Shown here: positions 46,723 to 57,558 of the stretch, in pieces
How positions within the stretch are numbered: the first letter of the stretch is position 1
Layout of the letters: each line of letters opens with the position of its first letter
DNA from: an uncultured bacterium
GTDB taxonomy: Bacteria > Cyanobacteriota > Cyanobacteriia > CAZCXK01
Assembly (NCBI GenBank): GCA_964502605.1
Contig: CAZCXK010000002.1
Location: 6,649-70,648 of the forward strand
Direction of reading: 5' to 3'
DNA length: 64,000 bases
Made by a program: the position numbers and the translations under genes
The notes under the pieces: model-generated
The model's input: the letters and a program-made list of their open reading frames with translations, nothing else
Told to the model about the DNA's origin: nothing
The model's database searches: none

Positions 46723-48327
46723 ATGAAAGTTACCCAGGAAAGACTGCCCGCTAGCCAAATCGGTCTAGAAATTGAAATCCCCTCTGAGATGTCGAAAGCA
46801 GCATATGAGAAGACGCTCAGAGAGTTTACCCGTTCCCTGAAGGTTCCTGGGTTTCGCAAGGGGAAAGTGCCTCGCCAAGTCTTAATCCAGCGCTTTGGCT
46901 CTGAGCGAATTAAAGCTGCTGTTTTAGAAGAGCTGATTGAAGACGTAATTAAAATAGCCGTTGAGCAGGAAAAGCTCAATGTCATTGGCAATTTTCAGCT
47001 TCGTACTCCATTTGAAGAACTACTAGACCAATTTGAGCCCAACACAGCATTGACCTTTACAGCCGCAGTTGACATTCCACCTGAAGCTAGCCTCAAGCAA
47101 TACAAAGGCCTCCAGGTCAAGGCCGAAGAGGTAAAATATAAGCCAGAACAGGTCGATGAAATCATTGAGAGCTATCGTCAGCGCATCGCGACAATGGTGC
47201 CTGTTGAAGATCGAGCCGCCCAAATGGGTGACGTGGCAATCGTTGACTTTATAGGTCGCTTTACCAATGAGGCTCTTGCTGATGAGAGTAGCACCGAAGG
47301 CACGAATGGAGATGAAAGCAAATCGACCGAAATTCCGGGTGGCAAAGCCGAAGATTTCCAAATTGAACTAGCAGAAGGGCGATTTATCGGGGGATTCATT
47401 GACGGCATTGTTGGCATGAATCCAAATGAAACTCGTGAAATTTCGGTTACTTTTCCTGAAGACTATCCACAAGAGGATCTAGCAGGGAAGTTAGCTCTGT
47501 TTACCGTGACACTCAAAGATCTTAAAGAAAAAGAGTTGCCTGAGCTTGATGATGACTTTGCTCAAGACGTGAGCGAGTTTGAGACGCTAGCGGAGCTGCG
47601 TGAGTCTCTCGAGTTTCGTTATCAGCAAGAAGCCGATGATCAGACCCAGTCAAATAAGGGAGAGGCTCTCCTCGAAGAACTTGTTCAACAGCTTGATGTT
47701 GAGCTGCCCGAAACGTTAGTCAAGCAAGAAATTGAATTCTTGGTGACACAGACTGTGATGCAGCTAGATGGACAGGGGCTTGACATTAAAAAAATGCTCA
47801 CTCCTGAAATTGTACAAGGGTTACGGGAGCGATCGCGACCAGAAGCGATCGTTCGCTTGAAACGCACGATCGCTTTAGGTGAAGTTGCCAAGCAAGAATC
47901 AATTCAACTTGAGGAAAGCGCAATAGACGCTAAAGTCGAAGACGTCATGCAGTCTCTAAGTGGACGGGATGTTGATCTCGATCGTCTGAGACAAGTGGTC
48001 GAGGAAGATTTGCTAAAAGAGCGAATTCTAGGGTGGTTAGAAGAAAATGGCACTATTGAACTCGTACCAGAGGGATCACTCAAGCCCTCAGCAGCAGAAC
48101 TAGCAGATGCAGACATCGATTTGGAGGCTGACACTCCTAGCAAATCAGCCGCAGACGACTCAGATGAAGCATCTTCTGCATCAGAAGCTAGCAATGTAGC
48201 TGACATACCTGATAGTTCAGAGGTTCTTGCCGAGAGCAGCACCGACGAAACTGTTGCTAAATCTACAGTTCAGAAAAAAACACAGCCATCAGAACCTGAA
48301 ACAGGATCAGATAAAAGCAACGAATAA
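46723..48327 (+). CDS. tig: trigger factor with acidic C-terminal extension
   Basis: N-terminal ribosome-binding motif GFRKGKVP, a PPIase-like middle domain and a C-terminal arm, followed by about 79 aa of Asp/Glu/Ser-rich tail. ATG 46723 (MKVTQE) is preferred. Confidence 0.9.
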   Translation: MKVTQERLPASQIGLEIEIPSEMSKAAYEKTLREFTRSLKVPGFRKGKVPRQVLIQRFGSERIKAAVLEELIEDVIKIAVEQEKLNVIGNFQLRTPFEELLDQFEPNTALTFTAAVDIPPEASLKQYKGLQVKAEEVKYKPEQVDEIIESYRQRIATMVPVEDRAAQMGDVAIVDFIGRFTNEALADESSTEGTNGDESKSTEIPGGKAEDFQIELAEGRFIGGFIDGIVGMNPNETREISVTFPEDYPQEDLAGKLALFTVTLKDLKEKELPELDDDFAQDVSEFETLAELRESLEFRYQQEADDQTQSNKGEALLEELVQQLDVELPETLVKQEIEFLVTQTVMQLDGQGLDIKKMLTPEIVQGLRERSRPEAIVRLKRTIALGEVAKQESIQLEESAIDAKVEDVMQSLSGRDVDLDRLRQVVEEDLLKERILGWLEENGTIELVPEGSLKPSAAELADADIDLEADTPSKSAADDSDEASSASEASNVADIPDSSEVLAESSTDETVAKSTVQKKTQPSEPETGSDKSNE

Positions 48328-48542
48328 AACGCCTCTGTCTGACTTGTTTTTCCATGAAGCAACAGGCATTACAACAGACGTAAGATGACTTATACGACAT
48401 TCAAAAACATTTTCCAAGTCTGTACCCGTCCTGATTTCGTTGAGAGATAATGTGAGAGTAGTCGATTCTAGCGGTCAACGCTTAGAATTCAACCAGTAGT
48501 TTTTACAGTCCAGCTAGACTTACTCGCCTTCATCTGCTGTTT

Positions 48543-49247
48543 ATGCTTATGTCCCATTTTCCAGATTATTCGATCCAAAGTACTCGTTCTTCCAGCCTGA
48601 GTTCCACACGCTCTGGTTTAGCAGATATTGAGGGCGTTGTCCCAATGGTTGTTGAGCAATCAGGACGAGGGGAACGAGCTTTTGATATTTACTCTCGTCT
48701 GCTCCGCGAACGTATTGTTTTTTTGGGAACTCAGGTCAACGACGAGGTAGCTGACTCGATTGTGGCTCAGCTGCTCTACTTAGATGCAGAAGATCCTGAG
48801 AAAGATGTTCAGCTCTATATCAACTCTCCGGGTGGGTCAGTAACAGCCGGTATGGCAATTTATGACACAATGCAGCAGATTCGCCCTGATGTTGCTACTA
48901 TTTGCTTTGGTCTTGCCGCGAGCATGGGCGCGTTTTTGTTGACAGCGGGTGCTGCAGGTAAGCGTCTATCGCTGCCAAGTTCTCGAATTATGATTCACCA
49001 ACCGCTAGGTGGGGCTCAAGGTCAGGCTGTAGACATCGAAATCCAGGCACGAGAAATCCTGTATCATAAGCGCAAGCTGAATGAGCTCATGTCTTATCAC
49101 ACAGGCCAGCCCATCGAGAAGATTGAGACTGACACTGACCGTGACTTCTTTATGTCGGCGGAAGATGCAAAAAATTATGGTCTGATCGACCAAGTTATTG
49201 CTAGGCGCAATCTGCCAATGCCAGGAGAACCTGTTACTGCATCATAA
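48543..49247 (+). CDS. clpP: ATP-dependent Clp protease proteolytic subunit
   Basis: [19 protein letters not shown] and the catalytic context [11 protein letters not shown] and MIHQP. The N-terminal about 30 aa are Ser-rich, so the true start may be further downstream. Confidence 0.9.
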   Translation: MLMSHFPDYSIQSTRSSSLSSTRSGLADIEGVVPMVVEQSGRGERAFDIYSRLLRERIVFLGTQVNDEVADSIVAQLLYLDAEDPEKDVQLYINSPGGSVTAGMAIYDTMQQIRPDVATICFGLAASMGAFLLTAGAAGKRLSLPSSRIMIHQPLGGAQGQAVDIEIQAREILYHKRKLNELMSYHTGQPIEKIETDTDRDFFMSAEDAKNYGLIDQVIARRNLPMPGEPVTAS

Positions 49248-49256
49248 GGGGCTATT

Positions 49257-50600
49257 ATGTCTAAATATGACTCCCATCTTAAATGCTCGTTCTGTGGAAA
49301 GTCGCAGGAACAAGTTCGCAAGCTAATTGCTGGACCTGGAGTTTATATTTGCGATGAATGCGTCGATCTTTGTAATGAGATTTTAGATGAGGAGTTGTTC
49401 GACTCCAGTTCATCGGTACCACAGCAGTCTCCTCGGCGTGAGCAGCAGCCTGAGAAGCGGAAGTCTCGTTCTCCTCATGTCTCGCTTAGCCAGATTCCAA
49501 AGCCAATGGATATCAAAAAGCATCTTGATCAGCATGTGATTGGTCAAGATGAAGCTAAGAAGGTGCTTTCAGTGGCTGTATATAACCATTACAAGCGCTT
49601 AGGATTTGATCAAGTCAAATCTCCCGGAACGACTCGCTCAGATGACTTTGTTGAGTTGCAGAAGTCAAATATCTTATTGATTGGCCCAACGGGCTGTGGT
49701 AAGACATTGCTAGCCCAAACGCTAGCAGAGATGCTAGATGTTCCATTTGCAGTTGCAGATGCGACAACGTTGACTGAGGCTGGGTATGTGGGCGAAGACG
49801 TTGAGAACATTTTGCTGAGGCTGCTCCAGGTAGCCGACTTAGATGTCGAAGAGGCTCAACGCGGCATCATTTACATCGATGAGATTGATAAGGTTGCTCG
49901 CAAGAGTGAGAATCCATCCATTACACGCGATGTTTCTGGGGAGGGCGTCCAGCAGGCACTCTTGAAAATGCTGGAAGGGACGATTGCCAATGTTCCACCC
50001 CAAGGGGGGCGCAAGCATCCGTACCAGGATTGCATTCAAATTGACACTACCAATATTTTGTTTATTTGCGGTGGTGCATTTGTGGGGTTAGAGAAGACCG
50101 TAGAACATCGGACTGGGAAAAAGTCAATTGGGTTTATTCAGACAAGCGATCGCCAAACGAAAGAAAAGCGAGCAGCCGATGTCCTCAAGCAGCTTGAGCC
50201 TGATGATTTGGTGAAGTTTGGCATGATTCCAGAGTTTATCGGTCGAGTGCCCGTCGTTGCAGTGGTTGACCCGTTAGATGAAGATGCTCTTACCGAGATC
50301 TTGACTGAGCCGCGCAATGCGCTGGTGAAACAGTATCAGAAACTGTTAAAGATGGACAATGTTCATCTTGAGTTTATGCAAGATGCCATTCGGGCGATCG
50401 CCAAAGAGGCCTATCGCCGTAAAACCGGGGCGAGGGCGTTGAGGGGTATTGTTGAAGAATTGATGCTAGATGTCATGTATGAGCTACCATCCCGCAAGGA
50501 TGTAACCCGCTGTACCATCACTCGTGAAATGGTTGAAAAGCGTTCGACTGCTGAGTTGCTAGTTCATCCATCATCATTGCCTAAGCCTGAGTCAGCATAA
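49257..50600 (+). CDS. clpX: ATP-dependent Clp protease ATP-binding subunit ClpX
   Basis: N-terminal zinc-binding domain CSFCGK...CDEC, Walker A GPTGCGKT and Walker [10 protein letters not shown]. Lies 9 bp after clpP. Confidence 0.95.
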   Translation: MSKYDSHLKCSFCGKSQEQVRKLIAGPGVYICDECVDLCNEILDEELFDSSSSVPQQSPRREQQPEKRKSRSPHVSLSQIPKPMDIKKHLDQHVIGQDEAKKVLSVAVYNHYKRLGFDQVKSPGTTRSDDFVELQKSNILLIGPTGCGKTLLAQTLAEMLDVPFAVADATTLTEAGYVGEDVENILLRLLQVADLDVEEAQRGIIYIDEIDKVARKSENPSITRDVSGEGVQQALLKMLEGTIANVPPQGGRKHPYQDCIQIDTTNILFICGGAFVGLEKTVEHRTGKKSIGFIQTSDRQTKEKRAADVLKQLEPDDLVKFGMIPEFIGRVPVVAVVDPLDEDALTEILTEPRNALVKQYQKLLKMDNVHLEFMQDAIRAIAKEAYRRKTGARALRGIVEELMLDVMYELPSRKDVTRCTITREMVEKRSTAELLVHPSSLPKPESA

Positions 50601-50843
50601 TTTGAGCCATAGAAGCTTGCACTATGCCCTAACGGGCTGAATCTGACAGACTGAAAATAGGTTGGCTTTATAGTCATACTTGAATCTAACCAGCGTAATT
50701 TGTCAGCATTGAGTTTTGGATCATCGGTTAAACGATCTAAAATTTTGTGTATTTCAAATCCATCATTCAAGGGGGACATTTTGCTCTGTCCCAGTTTTAG
50801 GGCAAAATGTAAGTCATGATACTAATCCCTAATGTGATTAACG

Positions 50844-51731
50844 ATGCCTTACATCCAGATTCGTGGGGTTGATCACTACTATGAATGGATTACCCACTCT
50901 CCGATGGCTGAGGGTGAGCGTCTGCCTAGTTCTGGGAAGCCAGTCATGGTGTTTCTGCATGGTTGGGCTGGGTCAGCCCGCTATTGGGAACGCACTGCCT
51001 GGGCGCTCAGTGAAGACTTTGACTGTCTGCTTTATGACTTACGCGGGTTTGGGCGATCGCCCCTGCCTCGACCCACCCCATCTGAAATAGAAGCCCTCGG
51101 ATATGAGCTAGAAAGTTACGCAGACGATTTAGCAATTCTTTTAGATGCGTTCGGCCTCGATCGAGTTGATCTCAATGCCCACTCAACCGGGTCATCCATT
51201 GCGACTTTGTTCCTCAATCGATACCCCAACCGGGTTAACCGAGCAATTCTTACTTGTGCGGGCATTTTTGACTACAATGCAGCGGCATTTAAAGCGTTTC
51301 ACGTAGTTGGCGGATATGTGGCTCGCTTCCGTCCGGCTTGGTTCCTAAGCGTTCCTCTGCTTGATCGGGTCTTTATGATGCGGTTTTTACACCGCCAAAT
51401 TCCAGGACGTGACCAGCGCGCCTTTTTAGAAGACTTTCTCATCGCAGACTATGAAGCTGCCCTTGGAACTATTTATACGGCAGTTAGCAAATATGCAGCA
51501 GAAATTATGCCAGGTGAGTATGCTCGGCTCACTGAGCCAACGTTGCTAATCTCAGGGCAATATGACCAAATCATTCCGGCTGATATGGGGCGACGAGCCG
51601 CCGCGTTGAGCGATAGCGTTGAGCATGTGGTGATAAAGAATACGTCTCATTTCCCAATGCTGGAGGATGCTGATACCTATCTCCATCATGTGAGAACTTT
51701 TTTGCAGCTCAAGCCGCTTGCAATGTTCTGA
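50844..51731 (+). CDS. alpha/beta-fold hydrolase
   Basis: Oxyanion region VFLHGWAG, nucleophile elbow AHSTGS, and a C-terminal His in NTSHFPMLE. Confidence 0.8.
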   Translation: MPYIQIRGVDHYYEWITHSPMAEGERLPSSGKPVMVFLHGWAGSARYWERTAWALSEDFDCLLYDLRGFGRSPLPRPTPSEIEALGYELESYADDLAILLDAFGLDRVDLNAHSTGSSIATLFLNRYPNRVNRAILTCAGIFDYNAAAFKAFHVVGGYVARFRPAWFLSVPLLDRVFMMRFLHRQIPGRDQRAFLEDFLIADYEAALGTIYTAVSKYAAEIMPGEYARLTEPTLLISGQYDQIIPADMGRRAAALSDSVEHVVIKNTSHFPMLEDADTYLHHVRTFLQLKPLAMF

Positions 51732-51891
51732 CTACCTTATTTTTTGCTAGTGTCAAGCTAACCTGAGAGACTGAGTGGCCTTGTCTAGCTGGCATCCCCC
51801 CATAGACTTGAGGAGTTGCCATCAGATATTAAACAGCCTCTGAATATCAGCAATTTAGGAACACTGCGATCGCTAATTAGCCGGAAGCAAG

Positions 51892-51958
51892 TAGGGGCTG
51901 TCATCAATTAGCCTCTAATGACTAAGAATCAACGGTTACAGCCCCTAGCCTGTTTTTT
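51892..51958 (+). terminator. stem-loop followed by a T6 run, about 160 bp after the hydrolase gene
   Basis: TAGGGGCTGT (51892-51901) pairs with ACAGCCCCTA (51938-51947). The loop contains an ATTAG/CTAAT mini-hairpin. The sequence GCCTGTTTTTTGG follows. Confidence 0.5.
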
Positions 51959-52669
51959 GGGTCGGGCGTGGCAAGGCTCTGACCATAAGGGTTTCAGCTG
52001 CAATTGATGACACGCTCTAATTTCACAACTCATAGAATTTCTTCCCTAATTCAATATCACAGCATCAAACATTAATGGTGTGCTGACATTAACGTTTCTC
52101 AATACTAAACGCCAACACATTACGCTTCATTGCAAAATCTCAAATCATGGTCTGGCGACGTGATAGCTTCAATGTCGAAGATTTAAATAGCAGCAATTAA
52201 TTTTAATTGCGAGAGTGCCGAATTGAGAGCCATCAAGAGCTTATGTTGGAGAACATGTTACAGTCACCGTCAGTGTCTACACCCAATTTTAATCAACCAC
52301 CTCGCGAAGACTTTAGTGAATATGTTGCCCATTTGCAACTGCATATGGCCTTACAAGCACGCAATCTGGTGCCGACACTCAATCAATCATCCGATAGTCG
52401 GCATCAGCTACTGCATCAGACACAAGCAGATTTTGAGAAGTTTATCTCCCGTCAAATGATGTGAGTCGCAACCGTTCCACCGCATACGGGCTTACCTCAA
52501 TGACCAGTCCTGTCAATACACGCGATTCAGACCAGTCACGAGAAGCACCTTGTTGCAATTCATAGGGTAAGGCGTTCTATCTGCTGCAAACTCGCTGAGA
52601 TTTAGTCATCATAAGAGTTGGACCTACCAGTGAGTAGGCCATGATGATACGTCTAAGCGAGCTCAAGCC

Positions 52670-53914
52670 TTGACACTTCTTAAGAGTCTTAATTCAGAAC
52701 AACGGTCAAACCTGTTGGTGCTATTCACCGCAGGTCTTTTATTTTGGTCGGGGCTAGCGTCTACGCTCCCGGTTTTACCGCTCTATATTCGTGATGTGGG
52801 TGGCACGAGTCAGCAGATTGGCATCGTCATGGGCTCATTTGCCCTAGGACTATTGTTGGCAAGACCCCAACTTGCACAGATGGCCGATCATCGCGGGCGC
52901 AAGGTCGTTTTACTAATCGGGATGGTCGCGATCGCACTTGCCCCTATCGGCTATGCTGTCTTTGCATCTATCCCTTTGTTAATAGCCTTTCGAGCCTTTC
53001 ACGGCATCAGCATTGCCGCTTTTGCCACAGCGTATGTTGCTCTCGTTGTTGACTACTCACCGCCCCAGCATCGAGGTGAGTTAATTGGGTATATGAGTTT
53101 GGTTAACCCAATTGGGTTAGCAATTGGGCCAGCATTAGGCGGTTTCTTGCAGGCGGAGGTCGGCTATGCGCCCATGTTCTTGACGTCCGCTGGGTTAGGA
53201 CTAATTGGTATTGTCTGTACCTGCCAAATCCGGGAAATTCGTCCTGCTGTATTCTCTCAGTCTTCAACCCAACTCCGCCAAGGGAAGTTTTGGCGACTGC
53301 TGCTCACACCTAGAATTCGCATTCCGGCGTTCGTGCTGTTGATGGTAGGCTTAGCATTTGGCACATTGAGCACCTTTACACCACTGTTTATTCAAGAAGC
53401 AGGTGTCAACCTCAATGTAGGGTTATTTTACACGGCAGCAGCGATCGCCAGCTTTAGCATTCGCTTGTTTACGGGGCGAGCCTCTGACCATTACGGACGG
53501 GGTATCTTCATCACCACGAGCCTAGGTCTATATGTTTTAGCGATGCTAGCCCTATGGCAAGCCCATAGCGCTGCAGGCTTTTTGCTAGCCGGAATGTTGC
53601 AAGGCGCAGGTGGTGGCACCCTCATTCCCATGATTGCGGTTCTGATGGCCGATCGCTCTAACGCAGACGAACGAGGGCGCACCTTCGGCATCTGCATGAC
53701 CGGGTTTGATGTTGGCATTGCCCTTGCAGGGCCACTGTTGGGAAGTGCCGCTGACTACATCGGATATCGAGGCATCTTCGGCATCTCTGCTATTTTAGGA
53801 GCAATCGGACTGATCGTTTTTCTGACACAATCTAGCAAAGATGTAGCTCACTCATTACGATTTGCCTTGGGCAGAGAGAGAGACATCTATGCTGTGATGG
53901 ATAAAACGGGCTAG
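52670..53914 (+). CDS. MFS transporter
   Basis: 12-TM architecture with the MFS loop motif MADHRGRKVVLL between TM2 and TM3. TTG start. Confidence 0.85.
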   Translation: MTLLKSLNSEQRSNLLVLFTAGLLFWSGLASTLPVLPLYIRDVGGTSQQIGIVMGSFALGLLLARPQLAQMADHRGRKVVLLIGMVAIALAPIGYAVFASIPLLIAFRAFHGISIAAFATAYVALVVDYSPPQHRGELIGYMSLVNPIGLAIGPALGGFLQAEVGYAPMFLTSAGLGLIGIVCTCQIREIRPAVFSQSSTQLRQGKFWRLLLTPRIRIPAFVLLMVGLAFGTLSTFTPLFIQEAGVNLNVGLFYTAAAIASFSIRLFTGRASDHYGRGIFITTSLGLYVLAMLALWQAHSAAGFLLAGMLQGAGGGTLIPMIAVLMADRSNADERGRTFGICMTGFDVGIALAGPLLGSAADYIGYRGIFGISAILGAIGLIVFLTQSSKDVAHSLRFALGRERDIYAVMDKTG

Positions 53915-53980
53915 GAGGGATTCGAACCCCCGACACCGTGGTCCGTAGCCACGTGCTCTAGTCCACTGAGCTACAAGCCC
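53907..53980 (-). tRNA. tRNA-Arg (anticodon ACG)
   Basis: The minus strand folds by hand as acceptor GGGCTTG/CTAGCCC (one U-U mismatch), D-arm GCTC-AGTGGACTA-GAGC, anticodon stem CGTGG/CCACG with loop CTACGGA, and T-arm GGGGG-TTCGAAT-CCCTC. 74 nt, no encoded CCA. Confidence 0.85.
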
Positions 53981-54014
53981 TTACTCGAGTTACCATTGTA
54001 GCATATCCACTCCC

Positions 54015-54545
54015 ATGACACAAAATTCTTCGTTTAATCAAGAGGATCTGGCTCCAGGTCATGCCCTCACACATCTTGACGACCACGGTGAAGCACATAT
54101 GGTTGATGTTTCAGCCAAACCATCTACCAGTCGAGAAGCGGCAGCAGTCGGGCACATTCGCATGACATTGACCACGTTTGAAGCGATCCAGACTGGCAAT
54201 GCGCCTAAAGGAGATGTGCTCAGTACGGCTCGTCTAGCAGGCATTATGGCCGCCAAGCAGACGGCTCAACTTATTCCGCTATGTCATCCATTGCCATTGC
54301 AAAAGATTGACGTCCAGATTTTCCCTGATGCAGCTTTGCCAGGGTATCGCATTCGCGCTGACGTCAAAACTAATGCAGTAACCGGGGTTGAAATGGAAGC
54401 TCTGACAGCGGTTTCTGTCGCCGCTCTGACACTGTATGACATGGCAAAAGCATTGGAAAAATCAATGCAAATTGAGTCTATTTATTTATTGAGTAAGACA
54501 GGCGGAGCCTCTGGAAATTATTATGCGAGCGCTTCGCCGGATTGA
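54015..54545 (+). CDS. moaC: cyclic pyranopterin monophosphate synthase
   Basis: LTHLD..G.A.MVDVS.K and KGDVL..A...[14 protein letters not shown], which are typical of MoaC. Confidence 0.9.
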   Translation: MTQNSSFNQEDLAPGHALTHLDDHGEAHMVDVSAKPSTSREAAAVGHIRMTLTTFEAIQTGNAPKGDVLSTARLAGIMAAKQTAQLIPLCHPLPLQKIDVQIFPDAALPGYRIRADVKTNAVTGVEMEALTAVSVAALTLYDMAKALEKSMQIESIYLLSKTGGASGNYYASASPD

Positions 54546-54706
54546 TACTCCTTTCAACAAAGCTGCACGCTGCAAATTTTCTTGCCTGTCCGGAAACGAA
54601 CAGCATGTCGAGAAAAAAGAATTAGTGTGCGACTGTGTGTAGTTGTTGTGCAGTGGCACAGTCGCTCTGTAATTGATGTAGCGTATTGTGGGTGGGGCAA
54701 ATTGCA

Positions 54707-56614
54707 ATGCAGATGACCCTTTATTCGGCAGAACTTAGCAGTCTGAGTCAGCGGCTTCAGTCATGTTTGGCCGATAGTCCAGTCAATGTCCAATGCGCTG
54801 TTCGCGAAGGACATCTGATTGTTTTAGGGCAGCACTCAGACGATGTGACGCTTGATGCCTCCGAAATTTTTTATTCGTTAGAACACAATATCCAGGCGCT
54901 ACACCTTAAGTTTACGCAGCAGGTGCGCCTATATTTACGCATCATGGGAGAACGCTATCCCTATGCCCATAGTTGGTTCACAATTCAGCCATCGCTTTCC
55001 CCTAGTCAAGCATCTGCGCCTCAGGTCAAGCAGGCGATCGCTCCCAGCCAGCTACGTTTGTCCCTAGCGGATCAGGCGATCGCCCCTACTCAGCAGAGGG
55101 TGTCTCAGGCAAAGTCAAAGCCTCTTGTGGAATCACGCGCTTGGGTTGATGACGACGAGACCGATGACACGTTCGTTGATCGCCTGTCCTCATTTGAGAC
55201 GACGACGGTAGAGGTAGATCCATTAGGAGGCCGACTCAATGATCAAGCATCAGCTTCCTCGGCAGAAACGCCCGCTGCTGTTCAGGTGTTGACGCTACAA
55301 AATTCTCGTTCGCTGGGCGATCGCCTGCTAGAAAATTGGCAGACCTGGAGTGAGTCATTGCAGCGGCGGCGATCGCCCCAGTCTGAACCCAGCCAGGGTA
55401 TTGCATCTCACATCCCTACTGAATCCCAGTTGGCGAGTAGTTATATACACCGACGAGAACGGTGGAGCGATCGCCTTGATACCCGACTCTCCATTGCGTT
55501 AGGCATCACTACCTTGGGTACGTTAGGAGGATTTTATGTGTCGAGCCAAAGCTGTGTTGTCGGCGAGTGTCCAGAACTCGAAACGGCTCAAGCATTGAAT
55601 CAAGAAATTTCTGATGACATGCAAAATGTAGCATCGTGGGACGACCTCGACAGCATTCAGCAGTCTATTCAGCGCGGGATATCTTTGCTGGAACCCATTC
55701 CGCTATGGTCGCGCCATAGCCAAGAATCTCAACCGCTGCTAGACATCTACCAAAGTCAGGCGTCTCTAGTTGAACAACTGATTGCCGTAGAGCAGCTTAC
55801 AACCGCAGCTGATTCATCGCAACAGACACCAATTTATACGACAGACGAGTGGGTTTCAGTGCGATCGCTTTGGCAATCAACCATTACTCAACTAAGTGCC
55901 ATTCCGCCTGATAGCGATCTCTTTGAGTTTGCCCAACAGCGTCTCACCATTCATCAGCAGCAACTCGCCCAAGTTGAACGCCAGATTCAATCTGAGGAAG
56001 AAGCAGCGTCAGTCTTGAACCTGGCTCAAAGTACGGCTCAGCTTGCTCAAGCTCGACAGCAGGCAGCGCAGTCTCCACAAGATTGGCAAAATGTTCAGAC
56101 TTTGTGGACAAATGCGCTGGAGCAACTCCGTCAGGTTCCAGAAAATTCAATTGCAGCTTTGGATGCTAAGCGGCAGCTAGATTTCTACAAGACCTCGCTT
56201 GACTCTGTTAATCAGCGACTTGGAACCGCGATACCGATTCTAGAGTCTACACCAATTTCTGCTGAGGTAATGCCGACAGCTGCTGAGGTGGCCGTTGGTT
56301 CGCCCTCAAATCAAGAGGTCGAAACAGCACTAAATCAAATTTGCATTGGAGGTTCGCGCTTTTGCCGAGTCTTATCGACAAATGAGGTGATTCGTGTGCA
56401 ACTTGACCTCGACTATGCAGACGCTATCTCTGAAGCTCAAACCAGTAACAATAGAAGACTAGGGGCGATCGCAACTCATCATCAGAAACTTCTGAGAGAG
56501 GCTCTCAAGACTACCTCTAGTCGCTTCGGATTACCCCTAGAACTCTATAATTCTGATGAAACTCTGCTCGAAGAATTTCGGCCAGACTCGAGAAGCGCGA
56601 CCCTGCCAAATTGA
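54707..56614 (+). CDS. large hypothetical protein (Gln/Ser-rich, one central TM helix)
   Basis: Long clean ORF with central hydrophobic helix LSIALGITTLGTLGGFYV. No family recognised. Confidence 0.6.
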   Translation: MQMTLYSAELSSLSQRLQSCLADSPVNVQCAVREGHLIVLGQHSDDVTLDASEIFYSLEHNIQALHLKFTQQVRLYLRIMGERYPYAHSWFTIQPSLSPSQASAPQVKQAIAPSQLRLSLADQAIAPTQQRVSQAKSKPLVESRAWVDDDETDDTFVDRLSSFETTTVEVDPLGGRLNDQASASSAETPAAVQVLTLQNSRSLGDRLLENWQTWSESLQRRRSPQSEPSQGIASHIPTESQLASSYIHRRERWSDRLDTRLSIALGITTLGTLGGFYVSSQSCVVGECPELETAQALNQEISDDMQNVASWDDLDSIQQSIQRGISLLEPIPLWSRHSQESQPLLDIYQSQASLVEQLIAVEQLTTAADSSQQTPIYTTDEWVSVRSLWQSTITQLSAIPPDSDLFEFAQQRLTIHQQQLAQVERQIQSEEEAASVLNLAQSTAQLAQARQQAAQSPQDWQNVQTLWTNALEQLRQVPENSIAALDAKRQLDFYKTSLDSVNQRLGTAIPILESTPISAEVMPTAAEVAVGSPSNQEVETALNQICIGGSRFCRVLSTNEVIRVQLDLDYADAISEAQTSNNRRLGAIATHHQKLLREALKTTSSRFGLPLELYNSDETLLEEFRPDSRSATLPN

Positions 56615-56871
56615 CTGAAAGCAATGCCTCGTCACACAAGTAGAGCGGCGATCGCTTTGTAATTTGCATATCGCCCAAGGTACTGCTTCACTAAATCAAA
56701 AACGCAATACATCAAACCTTTAATGTCCGGTAGAGTAGATAAATGCGCTACGCTCCGGTTTCACCCACCCTATACCATTACATGCGCTGACCTTCGTCAA
56801 GCTCATTTTTATAAAACCAAAGCCGACAAGTCATTGCCAGACAATGGATTCATACTCCGCTCAACAGGTAG

Positions 56872-57348
56872 CTATGCCTGTTTCCAGATTTGACGAATTT
56901 CTCCAGGCAAAAAGTCAGCTACTTCCTGAATCCGAGCTTGAGAAAGCTCGCGCTTAAGAGCTGAGAATACGGCCTCAACCACCTCAATTGGGTCGATTCC
57001 GCGAGAGAGCCCAGCTTCCTGGCTGACTCGGAATATAAACGTCTCTGGCTTAATCGCAAGAGGAGGACGCAAACGCGCCAAAAACCGCACGAAAGGGTTT
57101 GTATCTTTCCAAAGCATTGCCAATTCACACTGAGACATCTGGCTATCTCCAGTGGAAAGGACTTTACCTGCGAGCTCAGCTGCAACTCGGTCAGAGGCAT
57201 CGGTCGTCATCACATCTCGCATTGTCCGAAAGACAACTTCAGCAACATCTCTGGCATCATACAAATCTTCCAGTCCTGCTGCTTGCTTGACCCTATCCAA
57301 AAATGAGCTGGCTGTTCCCATGGTATCTGCGGTAGAAACATCTTGCAT
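56872..57348 (-). CDS. DUF2267-like protein
   Basis: Two helical half-domains resembling DUF2267 as I remember it (FLDRVKQAAGL...ARDVAEVVFRTMRDVM...AAEL and a second half ending LPGEIRQIW). Confidence 0.5.
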   Translation of the reverse strand: MQDVSTADTMGTASSFLDRVKQAAGLEDLYDARDVAEVVFRTMRDVMTTDASDRVAAELAGKVLSTGDSQMSQCELAMLWKDTNPFVRFLARLRPPLAIKPETFIFRVSQEAGLSRGIDPIEVVEAVFSALKRELSQARIQEVADFLPGEIRQIWKQA

Positions 57349-57558
57349 AAACTTAATCCTGTGTGTGGTTTAAAGTGTCAACTCAATCATTCAGAAGCGA
57401 ACTCAGTGGCTATCATTGGCTCCCTTTGATTAGGCTTTGCTCTGTGTAAACATTGACACTAAAGCTGTAAATCAATCAAAACCAGTTAAATTAAAATTGA
57501 TTTACATTTCTTAAATACTCGCACAAATTCTTAATATATGCAAAGTCCAGCAGACTGG

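Noticed and set aside
46134-46991. ORFs 46134..46382 (+) and 46614..46991 (-) in the asd-tig divergent spacer
   Set aside because: The first has a GTG start and no features. The second is antisense to the well-supported trigger factor 5' end. Neither is convincing.
53981-54014. Moco riboswitch upstream of moaC or moeB
   Set aside because: The upstream spacers (34 bp and 108 bp) are too short to hold the approximately 140-nt Moco RNA motif, and I saw no conserved motif sequence.
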